Shown: positions 55,775-64,000 of the stretch, one piece after another | How the letters are laid out: each line of letters starts with the position of its first letter | How positions within the stretch are numbered: the stretch's first letter is position 1 | Source: Eledone cirrhosa | Taxonomy: Eukaryota | DNA: 64,000 nt | NCBI GenBank assembly: GCA_964016885.1 | Contig: OZ024743.1 | Coordinates: 265,918,001-265,982,000, forward strand | Direction of reading: 5' to 3' | Program-made: the position numbers and the translations under genes | The notes under the pieces: model-generated | Told to the model about the DNA's origin: nothing | Databases searched by the model: none | The model's input: the letters and a program-made list of their open reading frames with translations, nothing else

Positions 55775-56720
55775 TTAAAAAACGATTTAAATAATCACCT
55801 GTTCTGTTGCTGTTACCGACAGTTTCATCATTCCAAAAGATTGGAAATCCAGAGATTTTCCAATGGAAAGAATTGAATCTTCATACAGCCTATTTCCACA
55901 CTATAAGGTTGCAAGCCTTACAGTAAGTAAATATTTCGCTTCCTGCCCAACACATGCGGTCAAGCCGTTAAAATGACACACACGCAAATCAGGTCGCTGA
56001 TAATAGCTGTTTATTATAAACATGTTGATATTGCCACTAAAATTAGCAGCATTATTCAACGTTTTGTTCTCTACATAAGGAGAAAAATTATAAAAGTGGA
56101 TGAATACTTCAACAGGTACTATGTACTTGTAGAAATATGCAAGTTGTTTATAATATATGTGGTTCAATGGTACTAATTCGAGACACCAGAACATATAAAA
56201 AGTAGCGGAGCAAGCGATTATCAAACAATTTTCCAAATAAATTAAAAAACGATATAATTGAGATGAGCGGAACAAGTAAAGTTCAAACAATCTTTCAGAA
56301 TAAATTCAAAAAATATCATTTAAATATTTACCTATCCATATTGCTTTTACCGACGATTTCGCCTCACAAAAGATTGGAAATCCGAGGGACTTCCAATGAA
56401 AAGTTTGGCTCTTCAGAAAGCATTTTCCCTTACACAGGAGATAAAGTCCCACAGCCGGCAAATATATTGCTTTCAGCCAGCTAGTGCAGGATCGAATGGG
56501 GCCGTAAACGTGACCTACACGTGAACTGGTCGTTAGTAGAAGCGGCAGTAGCATAGACGTGTTGTCTGCCACACCACTAAAATTAGCAGCTAGGTAAACA
56601 ACGGATTGTTTCTCTACATATGGGAGAATTTACATAAAATGATATTAATATCCCCACAGGCACTAAGTACCCTCGGAAATATATAGGGTGTCTATGATAT
56701 AGTTGTTGTTCAATGGTCCT
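55775..56720 (-). repeat. Diverged tandem repeat, ~533-bp period, ~1.8 units, one hammerhead motif per unit
   Basis: TTACCGAC...CAAAAGATTGGAAATCC and CCACTAAAATTAGCAGC...TCTCTACATA each occur twice, about 533-545 bp apart. Confidence 0.75.
56342..56422 (-). ncRNA. Type I hammerhead ribozyme with extended stem II (degenerate paralog at 55809-55889)
   Basis: UGCUUU-CUGAAGA-GCC...AUUGGAA..UUCCAAU...GGC-GAAA-UC GUC GG-UA|AAAGCA. The paralog has compensatory stem I GCUGU/ACAGC but the core reads AUGAAGA. Confidence 0.72.
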
Positions 56721-56955
56721 AATGGTACTTAGTGCCTGTGGGGATATTAATCTCACTATATATATATATATATATAACGAAGGACTTGTGGTAAGGAACC
56801 AGATGGACCATATCGCACCTGAGTACTCAATACTTAGGGTAATAGAGTGGGTAATAGGAGAAATTATGACCCCGACGGCCGAGCTCAAGCCGTTTGGACG
56901 GGTATTTCGAAATAGCTGTCAAAACGGCGTGAGCTCGGCTGTCGGGGTCATAATT

Positions 56956-57043
<88 letters not shown>

Positions 57044-57321
57044 ATATTAAATAAATGGATATAAAACCATATTTTTTTTTATTATATATATTTCAAAGGG
57101 TACCAAAACACTTAGGTACGCTTGCTTCAGATAGTATACAAAGTTTGTTTTATAAATATAAACATACCCAGGAAAATCATATTTTATCGGTTGGATATAT
57201 AGTTTCCATTTATTTAATATCATTGAATATTTAATACAGGAAACTGTTGAGTGCTGTAAATCAGTTATAAACATTTATATTTATATTTGTGGGATGTCCA
57301 ACAAATTAAATACCCCTTCTA

Positions 57322-57363
<42 letters not shown>

Positions 57364-57872
57364 AAACTTTTTCTTATTTGCTAAACCTTGATTGTATATG
57401 TTCTGGCTCGTTAATTTATTAACCTGCCATTGAACGACATTGGCATATGGTTGGACAATACATGTGTCCCTAGACGCTTTGCGTGTAGGGATATATACTT
57501 TATTATTATTCTCCTCGTGGTCGAGAAAAAATCTGGTCGTTCTGACTGCTGCTAGTTATAGTGGTAATAGACTGACCGCCCTGCTTTTGCTTCTATCTTT
57601 ACACACGGCATTGGACGGAATTGATTCCACATCATTTATTCTCATCTCAGGAACAATTTTGAATAGCGCCAGTTCGTAATTTGAACTCGGGAATTTTATG
57701 TTCTCCGAGTGAAAAGATCCTTCTGACGAGAGTTTATCTTTGCAATGGATGGCCGTAAGGACTGTCCATTTATTTTTGAGACTCGAAACCGATTCGGTAA
57801 AGGTAACCATAGTGAGTACAATTAATTTTAAAAAAATATATTTTGAAACTTTTTCTTATTTGCTAAACCTTG

Positions 57873-57905
<33 letters not shown>

Positions 57906-57978
57906 GTTATTCCGGGTTGAATCGGAGGTAACCACAGTAAGTAAGGTACTCAATACATAGCAGAGTATAAAAGTTTTA

Positions 57979-58095
57979 ATATAGATGAGATTCTACAGGA
58001 CTAGAACTGTTTCATTCTTTAGAAATCATCAGGAATCTCTGAGATTCCTGATGATTTCTAAAGAATGAAACAGTTCTATGTCCTGTAGAATCTCA

Positions 58096-58102
<7 letters not shown>
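57979..58102. ncRNA. Palindromic pair of type I hammerhead motifs (57987-58039 minus, 58041-58094 plus)
   Basis: GAGAUUC-CUGAUGA-UUUCUAAAGAAU-GAAA-CAG..CUG-UA|GAAUCUC on both strands around a 1-nt centre at 58040. Confidence 0.7.
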
Positions 58103-58132
<30 letters not shown>

Positions 58133-58636
58133 TTGATACTCATATAAGCGAAGGTTTGAGGTATATACTGATACACTGACATAGTGTGAAAGATAAAGGT
58201 GTTGGAGCAGACAGATAAGGGAGACTAAGAAATTAGAGAAAGGAATGTTGAGGGAAAGTGAATATCTGTGGGAGGGAATAAGTAAATATTACAATAAACC
58301 TGTGAAAGAATGATATACATTAATCAAGAGGAAATGAACACAACATATATAGAATTTCATCAATTGTCTCTCGGTCTATAATGTTCCTCATCGGACTTAC
58401 TATTAGATAGCGATTATATTTACTCTACTCAACTCCGAAGTTTAATGCAAACAGTCAACAACAGATACCATTGTTGCACTGTTGATAAATGCTTTTAAAA
58501 GTGAGATACTTCATTCAAAATTGTGGTGTGTTGTAGTTTTAGGGTTTTCTTTTCTCTTTTTTCATATTTTATTTGCTATCCAACCAACGCTAATGTTAGT
58601 AAAACTTAATTATACTAGCAACATACAAATGTTCGT

Positions 58637-58785
<149 letters not shown>

Positions 58786-59441
58786 TGTGTGTGTCTACGT
58801 GTGTGTGTGCATGTGTGTATTATGTATGTATGCATGTTTGTATATCGGTGAAACTAAATCTATATCATTAGCTGTACAGGAAGTTTGTATAGAGTGCGTG
58901 ATTTTACCAGGAAAGTCAAGAAAAGCATTACATATATATAACCACCATCTTTCTTTCTATTCGTTACTAGTTCATTTAGTATTATTATTGTTTTTGTTGA
59001 TATTATCATTTTTTACACTTCCTTATCTGTTTCTCATTGTTTCTAAATAAGCCAAGGTGAGCACAATGTTGTTCGTAACAGACAAGAGCTACTTAAATGT
59101 ATGTTGCCATGAAAAAGGCAGTAATAAGCTGATTGCCTTCAAGACATTGAATAGAAAACTCAGAAACACATCATATTCGATGATGAATCAATGCAATATT
59201 ACTTACTGTACACGAATCAATTTATTTTCTGTCTGGGTTTGAACATTTCATTTATTTCTTAATGATTCACCTTTCCATACACTCATACACCCGAAGAAGC
59301 ATGCACACATATACATACATAGCTAATGTAAGGAAAATTAGTTAAATGATAACATATTATAATTATATTCAGTACATTCTCTCTTTTTATTTAGATTAAT
59401 GAGATTGAAAGTTTTTTTATATATATATTAATGTATTTGTA

Positions 59442-59582
<141 letters not shown>

Positions 59583-59824
59583 GCAACGTTACAAATTGGA
59601 TGTAATAATTTCTTGTTTCCGAACCCTCAGGTGATTAGTAACGAGAAAACAGATGGCAATTCTTAATTTTAATTTTTTTATTTCATTATATAACTCTACA
59701 TTTCTTTTTCTTTTAATAGAACACCTTCACCTGTAGTTTTTTAATCAAATTTTCCCCTACTTATATATAAATGTATGTATGTATGTATGTATGTATGTAT
59801 GTATGTATGTATGTATGTATGTAT

Positions 59825-60432
59825 GTCAGGTCACCAGTTGATGCTACTGGTAACATATATCCCAGTACAACCTGTCTCATGGTCGGGTCGTTGGCGACTA
59901 AACTGGCAACCCCACCAAGGTTTCTTGGTGAGGAAGGTGACTTTTGACATCCTGCAGGACTAAAAACAAAACCTGTCAAAGGGCAAAGAAGCTCTTAAGA
60001 GTCAATGGCCATCCAAAATCACCGGGAGAGATGACCCCGTAGACTTTGTCAAGGCAGAATTTTAGGAGAAGGCAAACTCTGATATAACACCTGCAAGCCT
60101 GATGGTATCCAATGATGTTGACTTGTTCTTCTTTTTGGTAAATATAATCTTGGTTAAGAGAGTGGGACTGGTTTTGTGCAGTGCCTTTGCTCACTATAAA
60201 AGCTTCACGGCACAGGCATTGCTTTATATCTGGAGATCTCTCTGCACTTGTCGTCACATGGTACCATGGGCCCTGCACTATGTGTCAATAATTGTCACAA
60301 GTGTAGTGTTTGTACCAGAGTTTTCAACTCGCTGGCTGTCTAGAAAGCCACACTCGTTCACCGCATCGGTAGGGGTTTCTCCTACATGGATATAAAGTAG
60401 TGGCCGTACTCGAAAACGAGTTGGCAGCCACC
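59825..60432 (+). mobile_element. ~610-bp RTE-like non-autonomous element, copy 2
   Basis: Same ends as 50544-51151; embedded in (TATG)n. Confidence 0.65.
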
Positions 60433-61257
60433 ATGTATGTATGTATGTATGTATGTATGTGAGAAGGTCACTATGATTTTAAAACCTGCGACTTCGTTTC
60501 AATCCAGTGATGTAGAGCATTTCTTCTTTTTGTGCAAAATCATTCGATGTTCTAAAAGTAGGATGGGTGCCGTGGAAATCCTTTCCTCACTTAAAACAGC
60601 TTCAAGCACAGGCATCGTTTGATTTTTCATCCCCACCACCTTACTACCTACAAACAAATCTACTTCACCATTTCATAATTCACTCTATCCACTATATATG
60701 TACAAAAGCTATTACAAGTCTACTATTTCTTTATTAAATTTCTTTTTTTTCAAGAAATTCTATCTTGCAGTAAATATTTTTCAATTAATATTTTATTACC
60801 TCCTACCAATTGATATATACTCTACTACATACTCAAGTTATATTCCATTCATCATCATCTTCATTATCATCATCATCACCACCACCACCACCACCACCGC
60901 GACAACCACCACCATCACCATCATCATCACCACCACCATCGTCACCACCACCACTACCACCCCCATCATTATCATTATGATCATCATTGACATCTTCATC
61001 GCACATATGTCAACGCCTACCATATTACTATTAGAGCTTCCTTTTACTTCGACTTGCAGTTTTCAAAACTCCCTCCTTTCCTTCCTGACACAGCCATTCA
61101 AAAGAATCTATTCCTCCATCCATGAGGCTTCTCCTAGTTATCCTGTCTCTGTTATTAACGAGTGCACAGCTCAAACTCCAGAGTAACAACTCTCATTAAT
61201 TAGCGATTAAACAGACACACACACACACATACGCACGCACACACACGCATGTGTAGT

Positions 61258-61298
<41 letters not shown>

Positions 61299-61556
61299 GG
61301 GGTGAGTGAGAAATTGATAGATAGATAAATAGATAGATAGATAGACACATAGATAAATAGATAGAAAGACACATAGATAAATAGATAGATAGACACATAG
61401 ATAAATAGATAGGTAGATATAGATAAATACATAGGTAGATAAATATATACGTAGATATAGATAAATACATAGGTAGATAAATATATAGATGGATAGATAG
61501 ATAGATAGATAGATAGATAGTATGTCAGTGAGTACATGGCCACACATTTCCAGTAA

Positions 61557-61747
61557 TATAATTGTTTCTAGTTTAGGTACAAGGCCACCAATTATCCAGT
61601 GCATTACTGGTACTTTAATTTATCGACCCTGTAAGGATGAAAGGCAAAGTAAACCTCGGCGGGATTTGAACTCAGACCGTAAAGGGACGTAACTATGCTG
61701 GAAAGCATGGCGTCCGATTCTCTACCGATGCTGCCAATCCAACGCCC
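61557..61747 (-). mobile_element. tRNA-derived SINE
   Basis: Reverse complement of the SINE at 40616-40805, with A and B boxes. Confidence 0.9.
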
Positions 61748-62000
61748 TTTCAGTAAAATAATACTTATCTATATTAGATCAAGAAATACATACTGTCTGA
61801 GGGAAAAAAATCGAAGCACTAATCTGTAACATATTAATTAGAAATTATCAAGAATCAAATGCTTTATCGCTAAAATATATTTCCCTTGATTTAACTTTGT
61901 TACGTGGTATAAAATAATATAGCAAATATTTCATTTATCAACAAAACTAACCCATCCTGATCGGCCTTTAAAACCATTTTCACTATTCAATAAATTAGTG

Positions 62001-62068
<68 letters not shown>

Positions 62069-62317
62069 AGGCGTATGTGTGTGTGTAGGTGTGTGTGTGT
62101 GTGTGAGCGTGTGTGTTTGTAAATATGTGCGCGTGTTTATATATGCATGGGAAGCTGCTAATTACAATCAGTACGACCATTATTAGTTATCCTTACTTAA
62201 ATAAAGTAGACTGAAATTAGGGGGACAGTTTCACAATGACTAAGCTTAAACTGTTTCGAAATTCTCATTTGATGTATGGAATCGGTTTAAGCCTACGATT
62301 CGGAAATATAATCCCTA

Positions 62318-62352
<35 letters not shown>

Positions 62353-62381
62353 CCCTATAATATATTTTGCAAAAGAGAAAA

Positions 62382-62413
<32 letters not shown>

Positions 62414-62562
62414 ATTATCCGGGAAAGACTGCCCTAACCCCGGCCAGAGTTACCTCCCTTGACCTGCTGCAAAATCAAAACAAGATATTTTTGCGAGCAA
62501 TGAATCTTGATGTAGATTTAACCCCAAAAACTCTTTCCGAACTATATAAGGAACACTTGTGA

Positions 62563-62622
62563 TTATTTAAGCCCTTGAGAAGCCCAACTGGGCGAAACGT
62601 ACGTAGGTGATATTTTAAATAA
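62563..62622 (+). ncRNA. Minimal hammerhead motif (U3-A8 variant) upstream of a PLE ORF, probable pLTR
   Basis: CC-UUGAGAA-GCCCA AC UGGGC-GAAA-CGUACG-UA|GG, palindromic stem III ACGUACGU, distal stem I UUAUUUAA/UUAAAUAA. Confidence 0.65.
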
Positions 62623-62664
62623 ACATGTTTTAACGGTCTATTCTCCGATTTTTTACTTTCCCAC

Positions 62665-62713
<49 letters not shown>

Positions 62714-62899
62714 CATATTTATATATATATATACATATATATACATATATATGGAGGAAGTTATAGTTCAATTGAAGCATTGTGTAATGAGGTATAAACG
62801 TTTGTATATGTATAATAAAGCCAAAACAATGCAGGTATGGACATAGAATAAAGAATGCAAATGCAAAAGATATTGTTGACAATTAGTCTTTTACCTTAG

Positions 62900-64000
62900 A
62901 TTTATTTAAATGTCCTTAATTTTCGAGATAATATCTCTTCTTCGGAGGTAAGTAAAGCGGTTAAACCAGTGTTCTAAATAGCTTGCCAAGTCATGCTGTC
63001 TGGAAATGGTACATAGTATCTGTTCTATCTCTAATGTCAAAGAGTTAAGATTCCTGATATACCAACTGGATCGCCCATTCTGTCCACCGCCTGCCAACCG
63101 CGAGCTTGAAGAAAAACTCTCGAGGCTAAAACATTCCGTATTTAACATCTTACGGAAACAGAAGAAGATAGCCCAAATCCTCTCCAGGACACAACAAGTC
63201 GCCCTGAAGAACCTACGGAATAGGGAACTTATATACTTACCATCCGACAAAGGTAAAGAGTTTTGCGTCATCTCTCAAGCCACATACAACAACCTAGCCT
63301 TTGAACACCTAAGCGACAATGAATTATATACAGAGATCCCGGACATGACTGCAGCCCAGATCGAAAATAGACCAACTCCATCTGGTTCGATATCTGTAGG
63401 AGAAGTCAACTTCCAAATAAAGTTAAGCTCAACTACACCACTAGAAATAGCAGACTGCCCACTTTCTACCACCTCATCAAGACCCACATGAATAGTACTA
63501 AGACGCAAATAAGACCCATCGTCTCTAGCATAGACGGACCCCGATACAACATTTTCTGGCTCCTCTCCCAGGTCCTCGAGCCTCTACTCTCCATCTTTCC
63601 CGGGCATGTTAGTAGCTCCGACGAAGTCATACGTAGACTACACCAACTCCAGCCAGAACAACTTAAAGTAAATAGATACACCTTTAGCCTCGAAGTTGTC
63701 TCCCTCTACACTACAGTCCCCGCTCATCCAGCTGTCGATTTATTGACGGACTGCGTGGTCGCAGAGGACATCCACTGCTACCGCCTCCATCCGACGGACA
63801 TACACCAGCTTTTGTCCTTCACAGTAGACAACACCTACTTCACCTTCCACCACCCCACATACAGGCAGACAACATGATTACCCATGGCATCCAGCCTATC
63901 GGGCCTGCTGGCCATCACCTATATGAACCAGCTATAATGCCGAGCCCTCAACACCTGCCATTCCCATACCTTCTTCACCCGATATGTAGATGACATACTC
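62900..64000 (+). mobile_element. Penelope-like element reverse transcriptase, frameshifted, runs off the window end
   Basis: LIYLPSDKGKEFCVI, IRPIVSSIDGP, FSLEVVSLYTTVP, YRQTT*LPMASSLSGLLA and FFTRYVDDIL at the last bases. Confidence 0.9.

Overview
Eukaryotic, AT-rich, repeat-dominated DNA. The tRNA-derived SINE family, Penelope-like elements (PLEs) and dense (TA)n/(CA)n tracts suggest a mollusc, probably an octopod cephalopod (inference). Most ORFs in the supplied track are microsatellite artefacts. The only host coding sequence I can support is two phase-compatible + strand exons (35819-35943, 43005-43157) encoding most of one CUB domain. Mobile DNA: a head-to-tail array of three L1/Tx1-like LINEs separated by (AAT)n (3701-14032) plus an inverted fourth copy, three PLE remnants, two R4/Dong-like remnants, a Chapaev3-like DNA transposon with intact TIRs and TAA TSD, about eight SINEs, and two copies of a ~610-bp RTE-like non-autonomous element. 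The main hidden signal is RNA structure: roughly 20 hammerhead-ribozyme motifs. The most striking sits in a non-coding ~745-bp tandem repeat (31089-32790, - strand, 3 motifs) and a diverged ~515-bp relative (55175-55716, + strand). Their hammerhead catalytic segments occur in a non-circularly permuted order (NUH, then GAAA, then CUGAUGA), with identical spacing and compensatory changes in all three stems. This is a candidate retrozyme-like family built on a pseudoknotted hammerhead. All folds were done by eye and no activity is demonstrated.
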